Shown: positions 48,259 to 62,180, counted from the stretch's first letter. The stretch: DNA of 64,000 nt from Eledone cirrhosa (GCA_964016885.1 OZ024740.1:412796001-412860000); one strand, 5' to 3'. Translations and numbers: made by a program. Notes: generated by a model not told the origin, from the sequence alone.

Positions 48259-51200
48259 CGAGGGAAGAAAACGCACATGGTGGATATATATCGTTATGGA
48301 ATCGCTCCCGTAAGTTTTTGATTTTTTACTTCTTTAAAACAACTGTGATAGAATAATTCTTATTACAAATGAACAATAAGATTACAGTTTTCATGTTCAG
48401 CAAGCCATAACGCATCACTTTACAGCATAGGCTCCCAATATTTAATATTTAATTTTGGATCAGAAATGTTATAGTCGAAAAAGAGGAAAATGGCAAAATG
48501 GCTAAATAGCTAAATGGCTAAATGGACAGACAGAAAAATAATTTCACCACCAACACCAACACCACTACCACGCTAAAAACTCGAGTTAAGTTACCTCAAC
48601 TTGTATTTCTACATCAACTTCAACACCATCACTACAGTACTACGATCACATCACCACTATTCTCTCCCACTACCTCATGCTAAGACATGCATCGTAGTGT
48701 CCCCACTAAAAGAGGAAGGCATCAAAATATATAAATAGACTGATTTGATGACCCGGTCAAAAAATCAAAAAAACAAAAATCAAAATCAAACCAGCACAGC
48801 AACAACGAAAAACGTGAAGAAAAGAAAAATGAAAAGAAAACCAAACAGACAGACAGAGAAGGGAAGGGAAAAAACTAAGTCAGACATTCAAACATTACAT
48901 TACAATGAAACTTATGCTTATTCTTATTTTTTTTTTTACCTATTTGTTTGTTTGTTTATTAATTTCCTCTACTGCGTGATAGTGCCTCACAAAAATTACC
49001 GGGAGTGATGAAATCACCGGAGTTGATGAAATCACCGGTGGTTATGTAACCATACATTCACCAATCCTCGATAAGAGTGTTTAAATGTCGAACCTAAACA
49101 GTTCGAATAACGGGGAAGTGGAGACTAGAATGTCATGTCACAGACTCTCACCCATCAGGTGCTCCCTGGCTCAGCAGCAGGGACCTGGCTGTCAACCAAA
49201 TACTGCTGGTGTCGGAGGAAGAAGAAGAAGAAGGAAAGGGACCAGAACCAACTGGACGAAAGAATTGAATAGAACTGTTATGCAATGTTACCTGAAGAGT
49301 AACCCCAAGGAGAAAGGCTATAGGAAACAGATGCATAACATCTGGAACGAGATTGGTCTATTTAAATTAGATGAACAAAAATTGGCCGGGCAGGCTCGGG
49401 TAATAAGAACTAATGGGTGGATAAGCGAGCTGGAACTGGAGGAACTGAGCAGAGAGATCAGGTTGGAAATGGAGAGTGGACTATGCCAGGCAAACGAGCC
49501 AGTGGGAAATGAAGGTGAATAGGTTGAGAGAACGGAGGAACCATCCGAAGCAGACAATGATCTGAATGCTGAAATAAATAATACCTGGAACAAAGATATG
49601 GCAATTGAGGAGATGAATGCTGATGAGCTAGGACAACATTTGGTTGATATCCTAAACTTAGTGGTAGATGAATTGAACAATGATAGTGGGAAAATTATGA
49701 ACCTAAGATTTGTAAACAGGAAAAAGTTAAAAGAAACAACAGCTAAGGTCATCCCATACCTTGAGGCGAGGAGCCTTCACCAGTGCAACAATATCCTCAA
49801 AGCAACAGCAAATGTGGTGAGGAAATTAATGGGTATAAATGCGAGAGGAAACAACAAACAAGAAAGAGCAGAGCCTTGGTGGAAGAAACGACTGAATGGT
49901 GAAATCAGGGAAATGAGAAATGACATTGGAAAGCTTGAGTCACTACTGAATGGGACACTAAAAAACATAGACACTAAAAATAGACTGGAAATAAAGTACA
50001 AAACTAGGAGGAAAAAGTTAAATATTATCATAGAGGAACTGAAGCAACGCATTGTAGCAAAGAGTGCAAAGATTAGGCGATACGAGAGCAGAGTCAGTCA
50101 GTATAGACAGAACCGCATGTTTGACAACAACCAGAAGATGCTGTTTGAACAGTTGAAGGGAAAGAAAGAGGCAACGACTTGATGCTTGAGGCGGAACAAA
50201 CTAAAACATTCTGGAGAGGAATATGGGAGCAGGATGTTAAACATAATGACCAGGCAGTGTGGATGTAGACAGTACAAAAGGAGATTAGTGAACAGGCACA
50301 CCAACAAACTGATTTGAGTATCACAGTTGAAACTCTTAAGGGGCAGGCCAAAAAACTAACCAACTGGAAATCACCAGGCCCAGATGGTGTGCAGGGGTAT
50401 TAGATTAAAAATATAACATCCCTCCACCCGAAACTGACAACCATGTTCAATGACTGCTTGATGTCAGGTGAGGTACCAGATTAGTTGACAAACGGTACCA
50501 CAGTTCTGGTAATGAAAGACCGAATCAAGGGTAATGATGTTACCAACTATAAACCTATCACATGTCTGTCCGTAATGTGGAAACTGTCGACAAGCATTAT
50601 GTCTGAGGAAATCTACCATCACCTCCACACAAACAACTTGTTACCGGACGAACAGAAAGGATGCCGAAAGAAGTCCCGTGGTACAAATGACTTATTGATA
50701 AGATGGTAATGAGGAATTGAAAGAGGAGACACACTGGTCTTGCCATGGGATGGATAGACTACAAAAAGGCATTTGACATGGTGTCTCATTCTTGGATCAC
50801 CAAAAGCCTAGAGGTTTTCAAGGTGGCAGATAACATCAGACATTTGTTGGGCAAAAGTATGTAGTCCTGGAAAACAGAGTTAACATCAGCTGGAGAATCC
50901 TTTGGAAGCGTGAAGATCAAGAGAGGTATCTTGCAGGGAGATAGTCTGTCCCCTCCGTTGTTTGTCCTTGCTCTGATGCCCCTGACCATTATACTGCGAA
51001 AAGTGAGAGCAGGATACAAATTGGGAAAGGTAGAGCTTACCATCAATCACCTCCTCTTCATGGACGATCTTAAGCTATTTGGGAAGACTGAGAAGGAGTT
51101 GGATGTGCTTGTTGACACTGTCCGTTGACTCTACTTAAGGAGATCTGAAGGTGGAAGAGGACTTATCAGCATAGAGGACTGTGTTCAGATGGAGAAAAAC

Positions 51201-52155
51201 AACCTACACAAATACGTGACTGATAGTAAGGAGCCAATGCTCAGAACTGTACTGAAGGAGAGGACAATAGACCAGGGGATGTCCAGGGAGGAAATAACAA
51301 CAAGGAGAAAGAGCAGCCTTCAGGAAAAATCCCTTCATAGTACCTTCTTTGAGAAAACTGAATTCAGAGATCCACAGACATGGAACTAGTTGAAAAGAGG
51401 AGACGTTAAAAAGGCTACAGAAGGAATGCTAATGGGTACGTAAGAGCAAGTCCTCAAAACGAAGTGGTTGAAACACCATATTCACAAGGAGGAGGCTAGC
51501 CCACTGTGCTGATCTGTGGAGATAGAGAGGAGACTGTGGCTCACATTGTATCCGAGTGTAAACACCTAGCCCAGACTCACTATAAGGGCTGGAGACATGA
51601 TGTGATGAGCAGGGTGATCCACTGGCACCTATGCAAAGTAAACAATTTACCACATTCTGAGAAGTGGTATGAGCATAAGCCAGAGTCGGTGATAGAAAAC
51701 GATCAGGTGAAGGTGCTGTGGAATTTTAGGATACAGACGGACAAGAAACTGGAACACAATAGATCTAATCTGGTGGTTTTGGACAAAGAAAAAAGTTCGT
51801 GACTGATTGTGAATGTGGCCTGCCCATTCGACTCGAGAGTGCAAGAGAAGGAGAGGGAGAAAATTAACCGATACCAGGACTTAAAGTGGGAGGTAAAAAG
51901 GATTTGGAACTGCCATGAAGTCAAATTGGTCCCCATTGTCATAGGTGCACCAGGTACTATCTCAAAAGGTTTCCAGGGATGGTTAAAGAAAATTGGCCCC
52001 GCCACGCTTTTTGGAACGCTTCAAAAGGCATGCTTGCTGGGAACAGCAAGAATCCTCCGATACGTCCTGAATATCTGAGGCTGCAGGTAGTGGCTTGATA
52101 TTCATTTCAACAAACTTTCCAGTTAACTAACATCAATGACTGAGACTCAAAGAAC
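48259..52155 (+). mobile_element. Near full-length R4/Dong-clade LINE (5'UTR, single RT-CCHC-RLE ORF, 3'UTR), decayed
   Basis: Begins after (AAT)n; ORF remnants 49085-52078 (WTKELN, EPWWKKRL, QGDSLSP, HLLFMDDLKL, RHD, RLE); ~420-bp deletion at ~51125 relative to ~60717-61135; ends (AAT)n. Confidence 0.9.
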
Positions 52156-52228
<73 letters not shown>

Positions 52229-52288
52229 TTTTCTTTATTTTAATAATAATAATAATAATAATAATAAAAATAATAATAATAATAATAA
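52156..52288. repeat. (AAT)n tract shared tail-to-tail by Dong and Tx1
   Basis: Direct reading. Confidence 0.95.
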
Positions 52289-52300
52289 GAGAAGGGAAGC

Positions 52301-55300
52301 GTAAAAGGCCACAGTGACCCTGACCACCAAGGCAAGTGCCCTCTCCCAGTTTTCCACCTTTAATTTACAGATACGTACTCAGAGTAGGCCCATGCACTCG
52401 GGCCATTCTTGCTTCTCTCACCCATCTTTCAACAAAATGCTGGGGAGAGAGCACTTCCCTCTCTACTCTGATTTTCCTTTTCAAATGAAATTTGAAAAAG
52501 TCAATCAGGGCATCACCGAAGAGGTAAGTGCTCGTCTTCAGCCCTTTCAAACGTGTCCACGATACTATCTCTTTCGCCATGGCCACCAGACAGATAAAAA
52601 CTTCCCGCCCTTCCCGGCTAAAGGAACAGGGCGGTGCAATCCTCACGATGGACTCAGATGATAGCCGGATCCGTCCTACACGCGACAGCAGGTGTTCGAC
52701 ATAAACCCACAAGTCGGCAATTTTCGGACACTGGACGAGTGCGTGCAGGAAGGTTTCGTCGCCCTGCGTGCATCTCGGCCATGCCCGGTTGACGGCACCT
52801 CCATGCCTGTAGAGTTTATCCCGAACTGGCAAGGCTCCCCGGTAGCACTGCCAGGCCAGAGATTTCTGGAAGCTGTCCATAGGTCCCGGCTCGAAAGTTC
52901 TTCCGAAGAAATTGGCTAGTTGATTTTCGTCGACGACTAGAGTTTCCCCAAGTACGTCACCGCTCTTCCCCTCCACTAATCCTCTATAGAACGCCGAGGT
53001 GGAGTTTCCACCGATCACATTGCCCCATTGGTCGAGGGCTGTGAGCGACTGAAGACATTCCAGTCTCCAGGCGCTCCCTCTCGGTCTTCGCTTGACCTAG
53101 GACTGCAGCTCCGTCAAGGAAACGAGCTGGGGAAATACGTGTCTAGCAAACGGCGACCACACCTGATCACCGTCGAAGAAGAGGTGGAGAAGTCGTAGCC
53201 TGAGCGCCTGTCTGCGCGTCATCAGCCACAGCATGCCCAGCACTCCACGTAGCGGGTGTTGACAGCAGATGGACCGCCTGACCATCGGAGCGCGTCCCTG
53301 CCACAAAAAGCGAAAGAGCAAACGCTCCAGCCCAATCAGGCGGGGCTTAGGACAAGGTACGACGGTTAGGCTGTAGTAGATGACAGACGCGATGTACGCG
53401 TTAGCCACCTCCGCTCGACCTTTCAGGGATAGCTTCCTCTCGGCCCATTTCTGGGTGAGAGAAGCCACCCTGCTCGTCACCTCGTCCCAGTTTTTGTCCG
53501 TCTGGAGGTCTGACCGAACCAGACCCCTAGCAATTTAACTGTCGGTCCGTCCAGCATCCGACGACGCTGTTGGACGGCATGGACCTGCCTCTCCAGGTGC
53601 CGAGCTGCAGGCCCACTGACTTTTCCTGGTTGATCATTGCTCCTGTCACCGCTTCGTATTCTCTTAGTGTAGTGCCGATCGCCTCTATGTGTTTGGCGTT
53701 CGACACCACTACAGTGACATCGTCCGCATATGCTGACACTGATCTTCCGCATCCCAGTTCGCGCGGGACGCCCCTCGACGTCTCCAGTTTGTGCAGTAAT
53801 AGCTCGAGAGTCAATACGTACAAGAGGGACGAGGGGGGATATCCTTGGCGGACGCAGCGCATGATGTTGAACGGTTCTGAAAGGTGACCGTTCACTCTCA
53901 CCATAGAGCAGATGTCGCTGTGCATGGTAGCGATCCAGCCTCTGAAGACGGGCCCAAAGCCAGCCGCCCTCAGGACTGCCGCTAGGTAACGATGGTCGAA
54001 CCTATCGAAAGCTTTCGACTGATCTAAATTGATCAAGGACCCACCCGTGCCAGGTTCCCTAGCTACCCTCTCTACGATGTATCGCATGAGGTGGAGGTTG
54101 TCGTGAATGGATCTGTCGGGAATGGCGCATGTCTGCGCCTCTGCCACGAGACCACCAACGACAGCACCAACCGCTTTGCTAGCACCTTGGCCAAAATCTT
54201 GAACTCTGTGTTTAGCAGTGGTATGGGCCTGAAATTATCTATGTTATCCCCCTTGTTCGGATCCTTTCTCAGCAGCGCCACAGCTCCTCGGCTACAGAGC
54301 TGGGACTTCTCCCGTTCTGTTGCCAGTTGCAGTAGACGGCCGCCAAGAGGCCTCCGAACAAGTCTGGCATCTGTACGTAAAGTTCATGGGGCAGACATTC
54401 CAAACCAGGCGATTTACCCCTTGTGCAGCTAGTCATTGCCTCCCGTACTTCAGCGGCTGTTATCGGCTTTTCGCAACACTCCGCCTCAGTGGCCGAGAGC
54501 CGCGGCAAGCCGTCGAGGTAGACACTATTCCCTCGATCCGGCCCGCCGCTTCCCCCGAAAAACAGAGCAGAGTGTCGCTGAAAAGCTTCACACATTTTCC
54601 CGGGATCGAGTAGCATGCGCCCGTCGTAGTCCAACAAAGACCGGATCGTGGCTTTGTTTCCACGATGCGCCTTCGCCACTCGGGCCCATTGAACGGCTTT
54701 CGTCCCCTCGTGTCTGAGAGCACGCACCCTAGCTCTGACAACGCAGCCTTCGTGCTTTGCATTGAAGAATTGGTCAAGGGCCAATTTCGCCGCAAGCACG
54801 TCGGTCGCGATGCCTTTGCTAAGCGCCTCGTCTAATTTTCTAACTAATTCACCTTCTCCTCTATTTTTCTCTATTGCTAAAGCCTTACTAAACCTAATGG
54901 ACTCTATCCTAATTGCTCTTTTCAGAGCAAACCACCACTTGTTGTTGACGATGTCCCCCGTCAACGCCCGCTTAACTTTTCGCTAATCCGGTCTCTGTAG
55001 GCCTTGCGCGCTGCTAAGGACGCGTTTAGCTTCCAGTAGCCGGGTCCTCGTCTATGAAGCCTATCTAAATAAAGTACACAGATCACGAATTTGTGGTCCG
55101 TGTAGCTGACTATCTTGAATTGTGGACAGCCTATGCTAGTCCTATCTATTTCCTTACAAAATACTCTATCTAGATATGATCTGGATGACCCTATGCGATT
55201 TGTCCAAGTCCACATTGGCACATTCGGGAAATCCAATCGGTACCTGTCAGACAGTTCAAAACGCCTGAGCAGGTTGGTGAGGCTCTTGCACCCTCCTCCC

Positions 55301-58156
55301 CTATCCGCTAATCCCACACAGTCCCAGCGTGCATCTAAGATTCCGTTCCAGTTGCCCACTAACACTAAAGAGCGGGACGTTCTAAGAAAGGTCTCCAAAC
55401 TCCGGAAGAAATCAGGCCGCCCTGCTCCTGTCGGGCATAGACGGCCACTAGCCTGAAAGCTTGCCCGTCTCCGCTGGTCACGTCCAGCACCACCAACTTA
55501 CCCTCCGGTTCCAGGCAGATGGACCGTATGGCGAGATCCAATCCTCTCCGAAAAAGCACAGCAACTCCTCCCCCCGATCCAGTACGGCTGGGAGATGCGT
55601 ACACATCGTAGCCGCCGAAGATCAGTGCGAAGGCCCGTGCTTCGGAGATTCTGGTCTCGCTGATGGCCACTACATCTATGTTTAGTGAGCTGAGGTCGTT
55701 GAGCAAGTGACCCTGCTTCCATGACAACCCCAAGCCACGCGCATTTTTGCTGCCTATTCTGAGTGAGGTCGTGTTTAAAATGGAGTCGAAAAGATGGGAA
55801 AGACCACTTACCGTACTTTTGGTAGAGGAGAGATGTTTTTTCCATCCCTTTTCACTTGATCGTCTGGTGAAGGGACCGTTGAATCGTTCCTTCGGCTGGT
55901 TGTCGGCTCTTCTATGAGTATGTCCGAATATACTCTCCGGTTGAGAATCCCTCCTAGGTCTCTGAAATCACCAACTGCGTTGGGGAATTTCGTTTTATTG
56001 TTTGTGTATTGTTTCTGTGCTATTTTTAGCAGTCTTATGTTCGTTGGCGTTTTGATTGGTGCTGGTATTATGTAGTCGTGCTGTGAAATGTCTGTGTGTT
56101 CAATTATGTAAGTCATTAGTTTCTTGTTGTGTGTATTTATTGCCGTGCATTTGTTTTTCTGTGGGTGGGGTGTGGTTCTGCTATTTTCTTGTCGGTGTTG
56201 CTGGGTGTGTATGTTTTGTTGTTGTGTTTGCGATGTTGGTGCTTGTGGTGGTGGTGTTGAAGGTGTTGTTGTTGGCGGTGGGGTTGTCGCCGGTGGTGAT
56301 GGTGGTGCTAGTGTGCCTGGTGATGGTGTTGGTGGTGTTGGTGCTGTAAGTCTCTTTCCAGTAGCCTTTACCCTTTTTTCATTTCTTTCCTCCCTTTTCG
56401 AAGGCGACGATGCGCTGCTTCTGCGTTTGTGCCTTCTTACGACCTTTTGCCATCCCTCTCCCACCTCACACTCCATGTCTGATTTTGTGAGGTCGGGGAG
56501 GGGTACCAGCTCCACTCTTTCACTTGTTGTTGTTGGTGATGTTTGCAGTGGAGTCTCTGTTGTAGCTGCAGTTGGTATTACTGTTGTTGTTGTTAATATT
56601 TCCACTGCTACTGCTGTTCTTGATTTCCGTGGCGTGAGTATGGGTGCCACGGACCTATCGTTCCTCGTTGCCGCTTGTCCTGTTGCTGGTAGCCGTGGAG
56701 TCGGTTTCAGAAGGAAGGGGTTTTCTCCTTTCTCAGGGTCTTCTCGTTGCAGAAGGCACTGATGTGAGTCTTCGATCCACAGCGAAATCATTTCGGGCGT
56801 TTGCTCTCAACACTTATGGGCAGTTGAGTGCCGTTATTGAAGTCTATCACATCCGGGATAGCGTCGATGCACTCCTGGTTGGTTTGGATTAACATCTCAA
56901 TGGAGGTGCCGACCCAATCTTCTCTTACTCTTTTCTGTACTTGCAGTACAGTTGTTTTGTCCTCGATTCCGACGAGGACAGACGCGGCCAGCCAACAAGG
57001 GGCCATCCCGGGGGCGTGGGGGGGGGGGTCACTTTGACCCTCACAATTTTTTGCCCGCAGTAGGAGGGCACCAACACCATTTCTTCGCTCCTTAGGGTCA
57101 CTAAGGATTGAGCCTTTGCCTCCTGGGGTGTGGCAAAAAAAACGTCTACGGTAGCATATTTCTTGCCTCAGGTGATATGCGTTTTCCGCTGCCACACAGA
57201 CCCTAAGGCTTTTTGTATTTGAGCCTCTGTGACTCTTTCAACCCTACGGGATTTTGTGCTTACTGTACGGTACGTGACCGTACAGTGCTGTTGGGTTTCG
57301 AAAAATGTTTCGGCTGCCTTGCAGATTGCTCGGTGTCCGGTTTTTGTCACCATCTTCTTCGCTTCCTGTAATTCCTCATTTGTTATGAGGATGGTTTCCA
57401 GGTTCTTTGCGATACTTGCAAACGAGATTGGTTTTTCTTTGTTGCTGATGTTGTTGTTGTTGTTGTCTTCAGAGCTGCTGTTACTTTTGTTGTTGCTGCA
57501 GGTACTACGACTACTGCCGACGCCGCTGTTGCTGTGGTTGTTGTTCTTGTTGTTGCTGCTGCTAATGCCGTTGTTGTTTATGCTGCTGCTGATGCTGTTG
57601 CGGCTGCTACTGTTGTTTTCCTTGTCACTGTTGCTGCTGCTGCTGTTATTACGGCTGCTACTGCTATTATTCATGACGTCAGACGAATGAAATGGGTTTT
57701 CGTATTTACCGCACACATTTTTCGTCGTTGTCGTCGTCGTGGAGAAATGTTTCATGATTTGCACGTAATTTTGTAAACTATTTTTCTTTACTGGCGTTGC
57801 TTGCGAAAGAGAAGGGAGGAAGAGAGACACATTTAGAGAAGGGAGGGAGAGAGACAATCTTCTCTCTGCTGTAGTGACGATTGAGGAAGAAGAAGACTGA
57901 ATGAGTGGGAGTGACTTGTGAAAATTATTTTTCGTAGCCATGTATTTTTTTTGTTTAAAATAAATATTGGGCACAAAACCCCAATAAGCGGTTATTTAAC
58001 CCCGAAGGGCCAAATAATGGGCATAAAGACCCCTCTCACGAGGAGGAGGGTTTTTTTTGTCTACAGTTCGGTTAAAGTTTTAAACAATTTACAATTGTTA
58101 TAGCGGTCAGAATTTACAATACCTTACAGAGCCGATCCTCCGTGAACCATGGCATT

Positions 58157-58157
<1 letters not shown>
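52301..58157 (-). mobile_element. Tx1 family A copy 7, nearly full length, distal 3'UTR missing
   Basis: 5' end GAATGCCATGG at 58157; ORF1 57941-55808; ORF2 55772 (ACG) to 52365, frameshifted. Confidence 0.93.
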
Positions 58158-58203
<46 letters not shown>

Positions 58204-58204
<1 letters not shown>

Positions 58205-58918
58205 GGAGCAGGCCCTCAAAACGAAGTGGTTGAAGCACCATATCTACAAGGAGGAGGCTAGCCCACTGTGCAGGATCTGTGGAGAGAGAGAGGAGACTGT
58301 GGCTCACATTGTGTCCGAGTGTAAACACCTAGCCCAGACCCACTATAAGGGCTGGAGACACGATGTGATGGGCAGGGTGATCCACTGGCACCTGTGCAAA
58401 GTAAACAATCTACCACATTCTGAGAAATGGTATGAGCATAGGCCAGAGGCGGTGATGGAGAACAGTCAGGTGAAGGTGCTGTGGGATTTTAGGATACAGA
58501 CGGACAAAAAACTGGAACACAATAGACCTGACCTGGTGGTTGTGGACAAAGAAAAAAGATCGTGCCTGATTGTGGATGTGGCCTGCCCGTTCGACACGAG
58601 AGTGCAAGAGAAGGAGAGGGAGAAAATTAACCGATACCAGGACCTAAAGTGGGAGGTGAAAAGGATTTGGAACTGCCATGAAGTCAAAGTGATCCCGATT
58701 GTCATAGGCGCACTGGGGACTATCTCCAAAGGTTTCCAGGGATGGTTAAAGAAAATCGGCCCCTTCACGCTTTTTGGAACGCTTCAAAAGGCATGCTTGC
58801 TTGGAACGGCAAGAACCCTCCGATACGTCCTGAATATCTGAGGCTGCAGGTAGTGGCTTGATATTCAATCCAACGGACTTTCCAGTTAACCAACATCAAT
58901 GACTGAGATTCAAGGAAT
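58204..58918 (+). mobile_element. R4/Dong 3' fragment (CCHC + RLE in an open frame)
   Basis: EQALKTKW..CRICGEREETVAHIVSEC..RHD..PD..D..K; near-identical to ~61451-62163. Confidence 0.93.
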
Positions 58919-58921
58919 AAC

Positions 58922-58964
<43 letters not shown>

Positions 58965-58982
58965 GGATAATAACAATAATAA

Positions 58983-59242
58983 AAAAGGATTTGGAACTGC
59001 CATGAAGTCAAAGTGGTCCCGATTGTCATAGGCGCACTAGGTACTATCTCCAAAAGTTTCCAGGGATGGTTAAAGAAAACTGGTCCCGCCCCTCTTTTTG
59101 GAACGCTTTAAAAGGCATGCTTGCTGGGAACAGCAAGAACCCTCCGATACGTCCTGAATATCTGAGGCTGCAGGTAGTGGCTTGATATTCATTTCAACAA
59201 ACTTTCCAGTTATCCAACATCAATGACTGAGACGCAAAGAAC
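58983..59242 (+). mobile_element. R4/Dong short 3' fragment
   Basis: ORF end and 3'UTR between AAT tracts. Confidence 0.9.
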
Positions 59243-59294
59243 AATAATAATAATAATAATAATAATACTACTACTAATAATAATAATAATAATA

Positions 59295-62163
59295 ATAGTG
59301 GGAGACCTATGAACAATGATAGTGGGAGACCTATGAACCTAAGATTTGTAGACAGAAAAAGTTCACCAGTGCAACAATATCCTCAAAGCAACAGCAAATA
59401 CGGTGAGGAAACTACTTGGTATAAAAGCGAGAGGAAACAACAGACAAGAAAGAGCAGAGCCATGGTGGAAGAAACGACTGAGTGGGCAAATCGGGGAAAT
59501 GAGTAATGACATAGGAAAGCTTGAGTCACTACTGAATGGGACACTAAAAAACATAGGCACTAAAAATAGACTGGAAATAAAATACAAAACTAGGAGGAAA
59601 AAAGCTAAATATTATCATAGAGGAACTGAAGCAACGCATTGTAGCAAAGAGTGCAAAAATCAGGCGATACGAGTCAGTCAGTATAAACAGAACCGCATGT
59701 TCGACAACAACCAGAAGATGCTGTTTGGACAGCTTGAGGGGAAAGAAAGAGGCAACGACTTGATCCCTGGGGCGGAGCAAACTAAAACATTCTGGAGAGG
59801 AATATGGGAGCAGGATGTTAGACATAATGTCCAGGCAGGGTGGATTGAAACAGTACAGAGGGAGATCGGTGAGCAGACACAACAACAGACTTATTTGAGT
59901 ATCACAGTTGAAAAACTTAAGGGGCAGGCCAAAAAAAAAACTAACCAACTGGAAATCACCAGGCACAGATGGTGTGCAGGTGTATTGGATTAAACATTTA
60001 ACATCCCTCCACCCGAAGCTGACGGCCATGTTCAATGACTGCTTGGTGTCGGGTGAGGTGCCAGAGTGGTTGACAAAAGGTACCACAGTTCTGATAATGA
60101 AAGACCGAATCAAGGGTAATGATGTTACCAACTATAGACCTATCACATGTCTGTCCGTAATGTGGAAACTGTTGACGAGCATTGTGTCTGAGGAAATCTA
60201 CCATCACCTCCACACAAACAACTTGTTACCGGACGAACAGAAAGGATGCCGAAAGAAGTCACGTGGTACAAAGGACCAGTTACTTATTGATAAGATGGTA
60301 ATGGGGAATTGCAGGAGGAGACACACTGATCTTGCCATGGGATGGATAGACTACAGAAAGGCATTTGATATGGTGCCTCATTCTTGGATCACCAAAAGCC
60401 TCGAGATCTTCAGGGTGGCAGATAACATCAGACAGTTGCTGGGCAGGAGTATGGGGTCCTGGGAGACAGAGTTGACATCAACTGGAGTATCCTTGGGAAG
60501 CGTGAGGATCAAGCGAGGTATCTTCCAGGGACATAGCCTGTCCCCTCTGTTGTTTGTCCTTGCCCTGATGCCCTTGAACATCATGCTGCGAAAAGTGAGA
60601 GCAGGATACAAGTTGGGAAAGGGAGAGCTTACCATCAATCACCTCCTCTTCATGGACGATCTTAAGCTCTTCGGAAAAAGTGAGAAGGAGTTGGATGTGC
60701 TTGTTGACACTGTCCGTATTTTCAGCAGTGATATATGTATGCAGTTTGGTATTGGTAAATGTGGAGTCATTGTGATGAGGAGGGGTAGGTTGAGCAGAAG
60801 TAACGGGATCCAGATACCAACAGGTGAGATGATAAAGGAAATTGACTCTGAGGAAGGATACAAGTATTTGGGCGTTCTGGAGGCTGATGGCATAAAGAAC
60901 AAAAAAATGAAGGAATTGTTAAGAACTGAATACATTCGGAGAGTAAGGAGCGTATTGAAGTCACATCTGAACAGCAGAAATGCCATAAGCGCAGTAAATT
61001 CCCGAGCTGTGTCTATTATTAGGTACAGTGCGGGAATTCTGAGATGGAATGTTGCTGAGCAAAAAGAAATAGATAGGAAGACTAGGAAGCTATTGACTAT
61101 CTACAACATGTTCCACAAGAGGAGTAATGTCGATAGACTCTACCTAAGGAGATCTGAGGGTGGAAGAGGTCTTATCAGCATAGAGGACTGTGTTCAGATG
61201 GAGAAAAACAACCTATACAAATACGTGACCTATAGTAAGGAGCCAATGCTCAGAGCTGTACTGAAGGAGGGGACAGTAGGCCAGGGGATGTCCAAGGAGG
61301 AAATAACATCAAGGAGGAAGAGCAGCCTTAAGGGAAAATCCCTTCATAGTACCTTCTTTGAGAAAACTGAATTTAGAGATCCACAGACATGGAACTGGTT
61401 GAGAAGAGGAGACCTCAAAAAGGCTACAGAAGGAATGCTAATGGCTGCGCAGGAGCAGGCCCTCAAAACGAAGTGGTTGAAGCACCATATTTACAAGGAG
61501 GAGGCTAGCCCACTGTGCAGGATCTGTGGAGAGAGAGAGGAGACTGTGGCTCACATTGTGTCCGAGTGTAAACACCTAGCCCAGACCCACTATAAGGGCT
61601 GGAGACACGATGTGATGGGCAGGGTGACCACTGGCACCTGTGCAAAGTAAACAATTTACCACATTCTGAGAAATGGTATGAGCATAGGCCAGAGGCGGTG
61701 ATGGAGAACAATCAGGTGAAGGTGCTGTGGGATTTTAGGATACAGACGGACAAAAAACTGGAACACAATAGACCTGACCTGGTGGTTGTGGACAAAGAAA
61801 AAAGATCGTGTCTGATTGTGGATGTGGCCTGCCCGTTCGACACGAGAGTGCAAGAGAAGGAGAGGGAGAAAATTAACCGATACCAGGACCTAAAGTGGGA
61901 GGTGAAAAGGATTTGGAACTGCCATGAAGTCAAAGTGATCCCGATTGTCATAGGCGCACTGGGGACTATCTCCAAAAGTTTCCAGGGATGGTTAAAGAAA
62001 ATCGGCCCCTTCACGCTTTTTGGAACGCTTCAAAAGGCATGCTTGCTTGGAACAGCAAGAACCCTCCGATACGTCCTGAATATCTGAGGCTGCAGGTAGT
62101 GGCTTGATATTCAATCCAACGGACTTTCCAGTTAACCAACATCAATGACTGAGATTCAAGGAA
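59295..62163 (+). mobile_element. 5'-truncated R4/Dong LINE with largely open RT (59908-61650) and RLE (61698-62087)
   Basis: NWKSPGTDG, NYRPITCL, EQKGC, WIDYRKAFDMVPH, GIFQGHSLSP, FMDD, YKYLG, GGRGL, CCHC; 1-bp frameshift near 61628. Confidence 0.95.
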
Positions 62164-62180
62164 TAACAACAATAATAATA

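Noticed and set aside
58149-58841. Stand-alone poly-Asn RLE nuclease gene
   Set aside because: The ATG comes from the antisense Tx1 5' end and the poly-N from (AAT)n; a chance fusion to a truncated Dong.
14031-62180. Telomeric retrotransposon array
   Set aside because: No TTAGGG-type repeats; orientations are mixed and the target is an ordinary microsatellite.
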